64,000 nt of DNA from Paraphysomonas bandaiensis (lineage: Eukaryota; Protista; Chrysophyceae): NCBI GenBank assembly GCA_965644295.1, contig CBFFRP010000201.1, positions 6,840 to 70,839 of the forward strand. Reading direction: 5' to 3'. The notes below the pieces were generated by a model. That model was not told the DNA's origin, searched no databases, and saw nothing but the letters and a program-made list of their open reading frames with translations. Positions 9,529-23,500 of this stretch are shown here, piece after piece (position 1 is the stretch's first letter; each line of letters starts with the position of its first letter). A program made the position numbers and the translations under genes.

Positions 9529-11314
9529 ATGTCTTATCTATATCGCATTAATCTTAAGAGAGTTATAAGTAGTCACATAGGGACTCTACGAGTAGCTAGT
9601 CGCAGTCGCTCTACTCGCCATAGATTCAATATCCCTCTAACCTCTGCTGCTATATCTCATGCTGTACTCTACTTCACATATAATCAACACACTGGTAATA
9701 GTGATGTAGCTCTATGTCAACCTCAGACTGTATCAGCCTCACCATCAGCAGTTAAGGCTCCTGTTAACTCAAGTGTATTGGAAGCTATAAAGAAATCAAT
9801 TGCTTGGATTGTGGATCTGATTCGACTGCTCATTAGATTAGGTTTACTTGCTTTTCATTTTAGTCCTGCTGCAGTTACTGCTCCGGCATTACTTATAAAC
9901 TCTGAGCGCTTTGAGCAGTTCTGGTGGGAACTTGTTCGATCAGGAATTTTTGCTAGTGGTCCATGCTTGACTAAATTTGCGCAATGGGCAGCGACACGAC
10001 CAGATATATTTCATCCTCGATTCTGCAAAGAGTTAGAGCATCTTCAGGCACATTCTTACCAGCACAGTTGGAGAGATACTGTTCGAACTCTGAATGCTGT
10101 TTACGGTGAAGACTGGCAAGATGCTCTGCATTTGGATCAACGTAGTGTTACGGGGTCAGGCTTGATTGCCCAGGTGTACAAAGGAAAATATGTAGACTCT
10201 GAGACTGGAGAACACAAAGAAGTTGCTGTGAAAGTTCTCCATCCAGGGGTGCGTAAAGCTATGGAAGCAGACCTGGTCGTGATGAGATTTCTCGCGGAGT
10301 CCATTGAGACCACAGCCGCATTGATGGCTTGGGTAGGCCGTCTTGGCAGCTCCAACGAGAAGGAAAATCGTTTAAGCATTTTGGAGACGACTCTTTCCTT
10401 GTCTGACAGTGTGGAAGAGTTCAGGGAGATGATGCTTTCACAGCTGGACCTTAGCAATGAAGGCGACGCCATGTTGAGGTTTAGGCGGAATTTCAGCCAA
10501 AGCAAGTGGAAGGACAGGGTCATTTTTGCTGAACCCATTGATTTGAAAAATAGTAAATACGCAAAGCGCCACCCAGATGTTCTTATTGAAAGCTATCAAC
10601 ATGGACAGCCGATGGCTGATTATTTAACACAACGCGCGGCTGAAGGAATGCGGACGAATCCTGGATGTGTTACGCCATCTACCAGTTGCGATAAAAGCAT
10701 TGCTGCTCTTGGTCTGGATATTATTCTTAAAATGGTATGTATGATATTTGCTGTTCCGATTAATGTGTTCTCACTCTTTACTTCAGATTTTTGAAGACAA
10801 CTTTATTCATGGTGACCTACACCCTGGCAATCTCTTACTAGCAACGTCTTGTGCTCCAAAGAAGTCACCAGGTCTTGTTGTGCTAGACACCGGTCTTTGT
10901 ACAGAACTGCGACCACAGGATCGACAAAATCTTATTTTGTTGTTCAAGGCAGTCCTTGATCGTGATGGTGCTCGAGTTGGCCGTCTAATGATAGAAAAGT
11001 CTCGTTACAAGGATGCCAAGCACAACGTCATTGATGCCGCAGGATTTGAGAAGAGTATGCAGCAGGTCATTGACGATGCTTTTTGTAATGGCTTGAAGCT
11101 CCGTGATCGGGGTGTGAGTGATCTTTTGTCACGAGTACTGAGATTGTGCTATAAACATCGAGTTAGGTTAGAGAGTGGATTTGCATCTGTTGTCCTCTCT
11201 ATAGGAGTCGTGGAAGGACTTGGAATGCAATTGGATCCTGAAGTAGATGTTATATCACGTGCAGCGCCGTTTATTCTTCGAGCAGCGGCGAATGACTGTT
11301 TAGCTAGTTCATAA
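9529..11314 (+). CDS. ADCK2: ABC1/UbiB atypical kinase, ADCK2/Cqd1-like; 2 exons (intron 10735-10786)
   Basis: GPCLTKFAQWAATRPDIF, GSGLIAQVY, VAVKVLHP, DNFIHGDLHPGN, LDTGL; N-terminus resembles a mitochondrial transit peptide. Confidence 0.85.
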
Positions 11315-12704
11315 CTAGACATATTCTAAGTTGTAAACAATGTTGTACCGCAGTCATGCCGTCATAGCAGTATAACGAGTAGCATATGATAAGGAGCGGA
11401 CGGTGTGACTGGAGAATATTATAAATGAGTAGTGTCAATAATAATGAATCGTGTTGTATATCAACAAGCAACTGCTGAAAACGTGCTGTATTCTTTCAAA
11501 ACTAGGTTTACTATTTTATATTTTCTCTCGCTTCGCACTAGTCAGGATGCCAGTATATATTAAATATTGCTAGTTAGAAAAAACATATACATGCTTTGTT
11601 TAGCAGCACTATCTACTCTAGAAAAGCCAGCGTTCATCATCAAGTGATATAATGATATTTATTCATTATATGTAGTAGGGGTCAATGTAAAATGTTGCAA
11701 TATAGAATATGTGGGTTTGATGTTTGAAATTGATATATAGAATATTGCAATATGAATCACTAAATGTTGTGACATTGCACAAAGAGCGCTCGATTACAGT
11801 TGTATGCAGTGATATATATAACACTGATCTATGACGTATGACGGTGTACAGCATGTTAGATAGCAGTGCATCAAGCTATTTATATACATGTATGCATGTA
11901 TACGTACATGAAGCGAACTACATCATGTCTCTATATATGATACACTAGGCAGAATCTTATCGAGAAACCGAGGCGACATACATACAATGCATGGATATCT
12001 ATGTACCTCTCCACCATACCTCTCCATATATGGATGCACCTCTACGTGCATATACAGTGTATGTGTATCATACATGTATACCGCATACACTTGACACATC
12101 TGCTGCTGATATCCCTCATCGCTCTTCGCAGAAACCATAAGAAAGTAGAGCTCTGCATGAACACTTGAATAGGAATGAGTGGAATCTTGAATTCCGTATA
12201 TGGATATATGGATATATGGATATGTGAAGCGTCCAAAAAAGAGGAGTATTTGACATACAGGTTGGGAAAAAACGCAATACACACAAAAAGCCACTCTTTT
12301 CGATCAAAAAATGTGCTTATTTACTTATTTGGCGTATATAAACCCATATAAAATGAACCCCTAACTGTATTCTGCCTCTGTGTACGTGAACTGAGCAAGT
12401 ACATAGACACATCTATATGTACAGCAGTACACTATACCAGTACACCTGCATAGACATGGTACGGAGGTCCACCAGATTCCATTCCTGATTGGCTGACAGT
12501 ATGCTCCCTATATATACCATACGTATGTATATGTACAATACACTCCCCTCTCCCTCTATATATACATGTACATGTACAGCTATATATATGGCTCATCATG
12601 CACCCATACCATAACATACACCTATATATACACATATCTCAATCACCAGTGCTGTACACCTTAACACTACACCACTTCCCCTCCATCTCTACCTCACTAT
12701 AATC

Positions 12705-13781
12705 ATGGCATTACGCAGAGAGGTCAGACTGCGCAAAGAGTTTCTATTAAGAAAGGAACACGAGTCTCATACCACTCAAACACTACAAAAGAAACGACAA
12801 TTACAGGAAGCTATTAATGAAGGTCGCATAACTAACGTGTTTTTCATAGTTAAGGTGATGAGTGGTGTGATTAGGTAAGCCCATCCCTACTGAGATAAGG
12901 AGTCAAGCACGGAAGTTAGAGGTACAGTCGTATACATGCAGTCATTCGATAACATGATGTGATATATTATGTATTATGTAGCATGATATGGCCCTTGATG
13001 TATGCCCGATTGATGAAGACAGAAATATTGATGATGAATATGCGAATGCTGCCCAAAGAGAACCGAAGGTCTGCGTATCAACCTCACGAGATCCAAGCAG
13101 TCGTTTGAAGCAATTCGCAAAGTAGTACATACATTTTCTCTCGCTTGTGATTATCTCATAGTTTGAATACAGAGAAGTCAAAGTTTGTATTCCTAACTCC
13201 CAAGCGGTTAACCGAGGCAATCACAGATTGGATGAGCTCGTAGATGCTGCTAAAAAGGCCGATTTCACCGATATTGTACTGTTGAATGAAACCAGGGGAC
13301 AGCCTGATGGCATGATCATATCGCATCTACCATTTGGCCCAACTGCCTATTTCACTTTATCTAATTGCGTTCTTAGACACGATATTCCAGAATGTACTCC
13401 AGCATCTCAGGCTTATCCCAATATCATTGTTGACAACATGAGTACTAAAATGGGTGCTAGAATTGGTCGAATATTACAGGCTTTATATCCTGCAGCGAAA
13501 TTGGACTGCAAGAGAGTAATTACTTATGCCAATAGAAATGACTTTATCTCTTTCCGCCACCACATGTATGTTAAAGATCGCGGTAATATACAACTGAAGG
13601 AAGCAGGTCCACGTTTCGAAATGCAGCCGTATGAAGTATGTAAAACATATGTGGTCGTACTATGCTGACTTTAGTTGTTGTTTGTTAGGTTAAGCTTGGT
13701 ACATTAGATCAAGAGCATGCGGAATCTGAGTGGGTACTAAGACCGTATATGAATACTTCTCGTAAAAAGCAAACCCTGTAG
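12705..13781 (+). CDS. IMP4: U3 snoRNP protein IMP4 (Brix domain), multi-exon
   Basis: MALRREVRLRKEFL, IDDEYA, STSRDPSSRLKQFAKE, ETRGQPDGMIISHLPFGPTAYF, NDFISFRHH, GPRFEM, EWVLRPYMNT. Confidence 0.96.
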
Positions 13782-14447
13782 CAGCCTAGCTTTTTATTGG
13801 ATAATAATTAGATTCAGTGCAGTGTATGTGCTTCTACGTTTCGGCTTATTAATTGCTACGAAGTTTTTGCCCTTTCCCAGTTCTACGAATTTGCACTCCA
13901 CTACTGTGGATTTTCACTTCAATACTGTGGTAAGAGTATAGCTATACCACAAGCTATAAGATAATAGACCGAGAATTGAATATCGCCAAGTAAAACAAAG
14001 TTATTGAATAGAGGGAAAAGCGATATGCAGCTTAATTAGTTATTTGGAAACTTATTTTCAATTAATGTAATAGGCTAATATATGTATTAAGCTTTACTGG
14101 TTTGTTCGCTAAATGCTGTGTATAGTGTGTAAAACAGAGAGGGAGATAAAAATATTTGCATTGCAACGTTTGTGGGATGCTCAAATAATAATAAATAAGC
14201 TTCTACACTTGGTTGTTTCAGCGAAGTGTCAATGAACAAGAGAGTGCAGATACAAGTAGTAGGTTGTATAGATTGCTAATCCAGTGAGCCAAACGTCTAA
14301 AAACGAAATTCATATTATTGAATACATACTTAAGGTTTGCTTTTGCACTACAAAAATACCGGTGTCCGCTACATGTTCACTAAATATCAACGCAATTTAT
14401 TATGGAGATTACATGCACCACAATACCGATAGTTCATTACCGATATC

Positions 14448-15878
14448 TCATTTTCGGCTTGAGAATCCATTAGCTCGCAACCACTCATCTCCACTTCCTG
14501 TCTCATCGGCATACAGGTAATCATTCATCACAACTCTATACTGATGCACAGAACATCCCCCCTGGCCTTGACTGGCAATATCATAAATAAAGGCCGCAAT
14601 ATCTGACGGAAGACTGTATCCAATTGCTTTGAAAGTATTTATAATTTTCTCCAGCGCCATAGGAGTGTGAAAGACGCTGGGATCAATGGACAAATTGGAG
14701 AAATCTTCAGGTGAAATTAGCTCTCGCGCAGATACATCGTCTCCGTAATTCATTGGATCGGCCATCGACCTTTTGTTGATGGGTATTCGCGGTAAATCAC
14801 TCCGAATACTTGGAACCCCAAATGCGCGAGTCTGGGGACAATACGGTTATGCATAAAATTGTTAAGCGAGTTCACATACCTCAGTTGTAATGTTGCGAAA
14901 TCCCGGTGTTATTGACCTGCCCAGATCTCCAACCGTGACGCCATCATCTCTATCACATCCATACTCCCCAGTAATTGTTTCAGCAGCACCCCATAAATTA
15001 ACTTCGTTTGCAGAAACCGACGGCTTTCCAAACACTGTGCCTTCAGGGATCTTGTCAGCACCAATTCCAAGATTTCTGGGTCTTCCAAGAACATCACCAA
15101 GGTCTTTGAAGTTTTCGACATTTCTTGTCGTTACTAGGGGACCTTGGTCGGCATCAGCGGTTGAAAGAACATCGGCTATATTCTTTGAAACTCCATTGAA
15201 CGCAACATCCTTGCTCTTTGCACCAAAGGTTGCCTGAGTCGGGTCAAATTTCCAATCATAGTTTCTCTTCTTTTGCTCTCCAACACCATACAAGCCATGA
15301 CTCTTTTTATAAATTTCATCCGCATATTCTTGAGATTCACAAAGACGGGGGAAAATTAAATTTTTAGCTGCTTCATCCTTTGTAGTTGGGACCTGACCAA
15401 AGGGTTGCCCTGATACATATATTAGACGCTGCGGTGGGTAGGTCATTTACATACCATCAATATATTTCTGTGGAAGCTGATGATTTCTACAATAAGTTTT
15501 CCCAAGAGGCTCTCTCGTCGTCGTGTGATAAACTTTTTCCGCTTTTATGAAATTTAGTTTACCCACTACGCCGGACTGAGATTTTTGAGAGAGCAGCTCA
15601 GCTGTAGTAGCTTCAGATGTCTTGGAAGTAACGCCAAATGTTCTCTGATCCAGTTTTAGAGTCTGGATATCTGCAATCGTCTTCGGATTCTGATATCTCT
15701 TTCCTGGCTCTAAATTAGCAGATCGTCGAAATTTTTTAACATCTTCAGGAGTTGCTGGCCGCTCTTGAAATAACATACACTCCTGTGCACTTCCACGAGC
15801 TTCATGCTTTGCAGTCAAACCTGCAGGTGGCATTAATTTCGCCTCCATTTCCCTTTTTGTCTTGTACATTGTGGTCAT
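14448..15878 (-). CDS. EFHB: EFHB/FAP21-like axonemal microtubule inner protein; 3 exons; central EF-hand pair not evident
   Basis: RPATPEDVKKFR, REPLGK, YKKSHG..GEQKKRNYDW, FGVPSIRSD, ADPMNYGDD. Confidence 0.8.
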
Positions 15879-16768
15879 TGTCCGCTTGATTTATTATATG
15901 ATATATGTCTAACAGACTGGCAGACAAATAGAGTGATATACAATTGCCGTACAGGTTATGATAAGGAAAAGACGTAAGAGAATAACAGATATGTTATTCC
16001 TCTGGTATTCCTTCGACTATAAAGTGTTACTTGATGCCTATAACTTTATTAGTTCGTGCAGTTAGTAAGTGTCTCAACAGATATGTGCATGTATATATAT
16101 GTGTGTGTGTGTGTATGTGTATATGAGCGTTTGAACGCGCAGTTATTGTCAGTTACTCTCTCGACTATATCATAATACATTGGAATACAGTGAGAATACG
16201 GTGTCAGAGAGATGCGGTTGTGGTGATCTGGAGATCGGGCTGTATTCTTGTATTCTGCGGTATTCCTGCCCCCAACAGATTCGTTCATATGAGTGTGGAG
16301 ATTCCTCTTCATCCTCACCAGCAGCAGATGGTGATGGAAGGGTTACATATCATCGAGAAGGTCAAGAGAGTGGCGTCGACTGCTGTAGTGTGTGTATGTA
16401 TTGTGTATGGTGTAGACAGGTGTACAAAGCAACTTCTACTGGTATTGGATGATGCATATGAAAGATAACATACACATGCAGTGAAGTCGAAGTCGAAGTC
16501 ATCTATCTCATACTATCCAATCATATCATGCATACAATCCCCCTGTAAGAGGATCTATAGTTAGATTACTGTAAACTACCATACAATACACTATAGAGAC
16601 ATGGTTCATATGTATAAACTATAGGCTCCAGCTCTCATATAGAACCTTATCGTATACTCGATATATAATTACTGCATTGTGTATACTGTAGTGATTAGAT
16701 CCATCATACTATAGTCTCATAGCTATGAACCCCTCTATTACACACTGCATAGCATGTATATAAATCAA

Positions 16769-18413
16769 ATGGAAGATCGTATGAATACTAATCATCAGAC
16801 TGTGTGTCGTGTGGGATATGCTCTTAATGCGAAGAAGCTTCGTAAAGGTGGAGGTGATCGTAAGCTAGGTGAGAATAAGAGGGGGGTATGGAGAGGAGGG
16901 GGGCTGGCAGATATACTAACAGATGATGTGGATGGGGGGGTGTCGTTTGAACCAATTGATTTTGATAAACCTGATTACGAGCAGGTGTGATATGTGTATA
17001 TGTGTGTATATATAATCTAATCATGTTATACAGCCGGTATACAATGTAATTATACACAAAATAACTGAAGATATTCGAAGCGATGATGAGGACTCAAAGG
17101 CGAAAGTGAAATTATTGCAAAGCTACTTAGCAAGAAATCCAAAAACAGTTATTGTTGACCCTCTTTCTTGTGTAGAAAACGTTATCACTCGGTCACGTGT
17201 ATGTCGTGTGCTGGAAAAAATTATTAATTCTACAACAAGCGCCCGTGGATTCTGTCCGTTTACACAGCCGAAATATTTAATAGTGGACGATGTGAATTCA
17301 CTGGTGAGCAAGGTGAAAGCATCGTCACTACAATTTCCATTAATATGCAAACCCATCGAAGCATGTGGAACGCCGAACTCTCATTCAATGGTGAGTTGTA
17401 TTTTGAATTTAGCTCATCTGTAATATTTCCACCTGGCCAGGTTATTGCGGTATCACCAGATGGCCTCGAACTTGTCAACAGTCCATGTGTCATTCAGGAA
17501 TACCGGGACCACTCAGCCTCATTTTTTAAAGTGTATGTAATTGACGAAGAGGTAATGGTGTACCAACGCCCTTCCTTACCGGATTTGGAGCAGTTGCGAG
17601 CTGGGGGAAGTCATAGTCGCAATCGTAGCGGTTGTGATCTACACTTACGAAGTATTGCTTTCGACAGTCGATATGCGTATCCTACGATTGAAGATTTTAT
17701 TGATTCTACATACACTGGAGCAACTTGCTCTTCCAATGTGTCAGTCTCTCCCATTCCATCAGAAGACGAGTCGATTCCCGGATGTGGCTCTCCATCTGAA
17801 GATCCAGTTTTGGTCTCGTCTTCTTCTGGTCTTGCTGAATTTCCCACATTCAGTGATGTGCTATCACATGATCATACCAAACACAAATCAAACAATATTT
17901 TGACGGACAATTTTGTAACCAAATTACAGACTCCCAATTCCCCTAATACACTGTGGTGTGAATCACCCCAATTACCACAGTGCGAAGTGGGACACCTGCC
18001 ACGTTTAGATGACGACCTGGTATCGACTCTGAAATCATATAACAGATTCAGAAAGCCCAGTGCAGCGGATCTTGAGAGCGCTGATTTAGGGGGACGTTTC
18101 AATGTTGAGAAATTTCCTCACAAAGGTACTCAATACTGGTATGCATGTTACTTTCCTAATGTACATATGTCGAGCAGAAAGATTCGAAAGAATTGCAGAA
18201 GATTTGCGAGAAGGTTTCGGATTAACCCTCTTTGGATTCGACGTAATATTACCGAAAACTTATCATCGCAGCTCAGATGATGCCCTTGACTTCGTTGTAA
18301 TAGATGTAAATTTCTTTCCCAGTTACAAGGAAGTGGAAGACTTTCCCTCCCGGTTGAGGCAATTTTTGAGAAGACGCGCGGGCCTACAACCGTATATAGA
18401 TGATGAACACTGA
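16769..18413 (+). CDS. ITPK1: Inositol 1,3,4-trisphosphate 5/6-kinase (ATP-grasp); introns 16985-17033, 17391-17440, 18126-18177; long Ser/Pro-rich insertion
   Basis: VGYALNAKK, VIIHKITE, FPLICKP..ACG...SHSM, QEY.DH..FFKVYVI, RPSLPD, GLTLFGFDV, VIDVNFFPSY. Confidence 0.93.
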
Positions 18414-19327
18414 TCTAATATCTAACTTATTAATAAGAATAGTGCTGTTTTATTAAAGTATATGTCTGCCAACAGTCAACTACTTCGTATGACTTGAGTA
18501 CGCTGTCGTGTATTACTGGATAAGAATACAGTTAAATATACTAAGGACAAGATAAATAGCAAAGTAACGAAATAGCATGTTATAAGATATCAGAATAACA
18601 AAAAGGAAAATGATAGCTACATGGCTGCGTGGCGTGGGAGTTCATCCCTCACTCGGTCAGTTGTTAAGTTGAGGTCTCCTTCCAAAACTGATATTTGGAT
18701 GATAGAAAGTAATCAATAACCAACTACCAACTGAACTTGTAAACTTACACAATAATCCATTAAACTCACAACTAATATCAATCCGTATTATTAGATCATA
18801 GATAGACACGAACTTATACCGTCAACATATTTAAATTTGTCTTAACTACCTCAATACTCACAATTACGCCCGAACACCTGACCCGGTAGCCGGTAGGGGG
18901 AATGAAACCCCACTCTGACATCTATTATTTCGTATAGTTTTACAAGCAATTATTTTAGTAGTTTTCTAGAGTATTAGAAATCATTGAAAGTCACGATGAT
19001 TTCATTGGCTACTACGTAAAGTCAGAGTGCTACCACGTAAAGTCATAAAGTCATGCATGATTAATGCCATGTGAACAGTCTTCTGATGACATTCGATTAA
19101 CTAGCACATTAAAAATGCGTAATCTATTTATTCGCGACATAGTCTTCTACCAGCTATATATAGATACATTGTTCGAGTACAATTTATTGTCGAGTGAAGC
19201 TCTATTCTTATTTCACAATATGATATTTCACAATACTGTTTACTTGTTACCTATGACTATCCACGTAATTTTCAGCATACACATGGCAAGCAACAATAAA
19301 AACCAATAAAAAACTAGACACTATGAA

Positions 19328-19779
19328 TTACTCGAAATCCCATTCTAACTTATCATCACCCTCAGAATACTCAGCTAGGTCTTCCGGTTGTATTTTTTCC
19401 AACTTCATATCATTCGCCTCTCGCACTGAGTCCAAATCCCCCACAAGCACAATATTATCCCCACGAACAATGTATACACCAAGTGGAATATCGCAATATT
19501 TACCTACAAAGACATTAGAGTAATACCATATGACAAAGTATCGTACCAGGTAATAAAATTCGCTCCGAGGTATCCTCCAAAACTAAATTCAAGAACTGAT
19601 CAAAGCTTCGAAGCGTTCCAACTGAAATAACAGCAGCGGTTACATGTGTCTGTGTATGTTAAGGTATGGACTGCACCTATATGACGACCATCACGAAGAA
19701 TAATAAGCACACGTTGATCTAGTTGGTCAAGTAGAGAGGCTGCACCCGGCAGGTAGATATCACTAGACAGCTCACTCAT
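19328..19779 (-). CDS. LSM1: Sm-like protein LSm1; 3 exons; not in the ORF track
   Basis: Spliced translation MSELSSDIYLPGAASLLDQLDQRVLIILRDGRHIVGTLRSFDQFLNLVLEDTSERILLPGKYCDIPLGVYIVRGDNIVLVG...EWDFE*. Confidence 0.93.
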
Positions 19780-20510
19780 TAATATTATAGGATGATATAA
19801 CTAACTGTGGAGTGAGAGGAAGAGGATGTCAGATAGATTGGTGTTGAGTGATGATCGATCCTTGCTGTATATATATCACCTTGAGATATGCTGATATATA
19901 CATATATATATATATATATGGCCTTGTGGAGTATAGTGCAGTATGAGAGGGAATAGCTACATACACATACACATATATACCTATACACTCCTATGCCCAC
20001 TGCTGTACCTATATACTCCTATGTACATATGTACATACTCCTACTGTATATATGTACATACTCCTACTGTACATAAGTACATATGTACATCTCCTGCACT
20101 CCGTACTGTACGAGTACTATGACTACAAGCCTGTATGAAAATAAATTTATTTCAAATTCGTCATACGTTTCATTGTACACTCTGCGATCGTAGTACACAC
20201 ACAACTGCATCCTGCATACTTCGATCACACACCTCAACAGAATAAAATGGTCATCAAAATCGATGATTTTCAAAGAAACTAACAATATTAGCTACATAAA
20301 TACCCCCCTTTTCTTCATAAAACCCCCGATTATAGAAATTCCAGTAATATTTTTGAAAAGTTCAGAATAGTTTCTTCCAATCCTCGTTTTTAAATATGAA
20401 CTCAGTCACAGATACATACATACATACAGAGTGGGTCAGATCTCTCTATGGGCTGTCGATACCATACAAGATCAAGTTTAATATAGAAGTTATTACAGTA
20501 TTATTGAGTG

Positions 20511-23500
20511 ATGGAGATCGACTTATCTACACAACAAATATCAGAATCTGTTCATTACTCGTTAAGAAACATCGTCTCACTGGTATGTCACTCTATCCCC
20601 TTATATACCTCTATATACACTAATATTAACACAGGAGGAGGTTCTTAAACTATGGCATACACTTGGATTAGTTGTGAGAGAACAACTTATACAAAAGAAA
20701 GGCGTAAGACTTGAAAAACTTGGATATTTTGGTTTTGATGTGATGGGATGTCCGTGTTTTAATGTCGCTAATGAGTTTATGAGAACATATAAAGTACGAC
20801 ATGTTCCTACACCAACTAGTGATAATATTCCGATATCAAAATTAAATTTTACTCAATTGAGTCGAATGTGTGGGGTTGATAGATCACGTGCTGAAAAGAT
20901 ATATGCAAAGTATGTGGAGTTATTTGGTGCTGGTGTCCGAACAGGTCAGAATGCTCTGTTGTCCATTCATCGAGTGGCTGAAGTATTTGTTAACAACGAC
21001 TCTGTTAAATGTTCTTTTCTTCCTGAGTTTGTTGATATGATGTCAACTAAGTCGAAGGTGGCTAATCGAAAAAGACCCAGCTCTGCACCCCGCACACGGG
21101 TGAATCCTCGTGATACTATAAACGCCGCATCTTCACCTAGCGTGCCTGTGAGGTCTCACGGGGCAGTTGTGCGAGGGAAACGCAATGATGTCGTGAAAAA
21201 GAATGCGGTCAGAGGTAAGAAGCGGATTGAGGCACCTGGCAACTTCCACGGTCATAACCCCATAGTTGGTGATGATGATGATGATAACTTTGAAAACATC
21301 AGTAGACCGAATGTTAACAGAGGTAAGAAGGCGGTTGCAGGAGGTGCCAATCAGAGGCATCGCAACCCTATCCTTGAAGGTGACGACTACGTAAGTATTG
21401 CTAGTAGTGACCAGGGTTTTGGATATTCGCCGCGTCCGATGAGTGCAGGAAGCAGGTCTACAACGTCAAGGGCCAGCAGCGCCAGTACGCATAGTATAGA
21501 TACTAATAGTCTGCTGCACTCTCCTAGAGGCAGAATTCCTGATGGAAGGCGTGGTGTGTCGCGTGGAACGGGTGGGCTCAGGAAGGAGACACTAGCGAGA
21601 CACAACTCGTCTGCCCCTAGAGGAACAAGGAAAGAAGCAGCGCCCGCTGTCCGTCCGAGTACCCCAGCATCGTCAGTTGCGGTTGATGCCAGAGCCCTAG
21701 CAGCACGGGCTATGGGACCTGGAGACATTGTGGAGAAGATAAAGCAAAAAATAGTCGCTCGTGGAGGAGTGAATGGTATAAAAGGCTTCGCTCGTCTTCT
21801 AAAAATTATGGACGACAATGGAGACAAACGTTTAACGAAAGATGAACTGATGTACGGTATGCGTGACTATGGCATAAATTTAACAAAAACTGAAGTAGAA
21901 CAACTGTTCTTGCTCTTTGACCGAGATCGTAACGGGTTCATTGACATAGATGAATTCCTTATTGGAATTCGTGGTGACCTCAATGACCGGAGGAAGAAAC
22001 TCGTGCGAATGGCTTTCGATATTCTCGATACAGATGGGTCCGGATTAATCACAGTGGATGAATTAAGTGCAGTGTACGACGTGTCATGGAATCCTGCTGT
22101 ACAGGCAGGAAAAATGACGGAGGCGGAAGCCATGAAAGAGTTCATGCGTCAATGGGACAGACTTGATGGTGACGGTATGGTGTCTATAGAAGAATTTGAA
22201 GACTACTACAAGGGGGTGAGCTCATCGATTGATGATGACGATTATTTTGAATTGATGATACGGAATGCGTGGAGAATCCCCGGAGGCAAAGGAATGGCCG
22301 CCAACACGGCTAACAAGCGAGTCCTTGTCACGAACAAAGATGGTTCACAGTCTATTGCTACAGTCCATAATGAGCTGGGCATGAAACCTGGGGACAGGGA
22401 TGCCGTTCGGTCACGTTTGGCGCAGCAGGGCATAGACGCGGCAAATGTGGAGCTTCATGGTGGTATCGATACAACAGAGAAACCCAAGAAGGTAGAGTTA
22501 TTGCTGTGTTTTGTACATCTGTGTCACGGATTCTATTTATATTCAGAATCGTCGTGGAGACGTTCGGAGAGAAGCTTGGTCAGAACCTGGCGGTGGCGAT
22601 CATTCTGCCCCCCCAGAAAGACATTTTCGTGGTGATCAGCGTAGTAGTGGTCCTGGGAGAAGCGACCGTCGTGAAGGTGGTAATAGACTCGAGGCAAGTA
22701 GTTCTGCCCAGACTGGTACTACTGTGAACATTTCGGAAATTCTGCGCCAATGTCTGTACAATCCTCCGTTGTCGTTAGAGCAACTTGCCATGAAGCTCAA
22801 GATATCACTGGTGGGTGAGAATCCTCAGATATCGCGGGCTGTATTTTGTCAGAGGTAGTGTACCTTATTGGATACTTTTGTATATAATTATATTCAATGC
22901 AGAATTAGCCAAATTGCACCTGAAACGGACAAGCGTACATTGGCCCACATTTGGGAATCTGTTGCTGAGTCTTGTGCTGGTAAAAAGACAGCACCATCTA
23001 TTGGTATCAATGATCTTCATAAATATTTTTGCAATAAGTATGGCAAGGACAAGTCTAGTAAATCACATAGTGTGGTTGACAGAGCAATAGCAAAAATTAT
23101 TGAGCGATCAGGTGGTGGTTTCAAAGGATTACAAAGGTAAGAAGCAATTTGAAATCATACTTCCAATACATAATTACAGTCCATCTATAGGACATTATCA
23201 ATAATGGATGATAATGGCGATAAAAGATTAAATAAAGAGGAATTGAAGTAAGCTTTTGAATTATTACAGTCACTGAAATAATTTTGGGATGCAAGGAACG
23301 GGTTAAGCGATTACGGAATCAATTTAAATCACAGAGAGATCGATGACATTTTCCTAGTTTTTGACAGAGACCACAATGGCTTCATCGACGTGGATGAATT
23401 CCTTATTGGAATTCGTGGTGACCTCAATGACCGGAGGAAGAAACTCGTGCGAATGGCTTTCGATATTCTCGATACAGATGGGTCCGGATTAATCACAGTG

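Noticed and set aside
16190-16468. Short ORF upstream of ITPK1 as a regulatory uORF
   Set aside because: The TSS is unknown, part of the ORF is GT-repeat-like, and there is no conservation evidence
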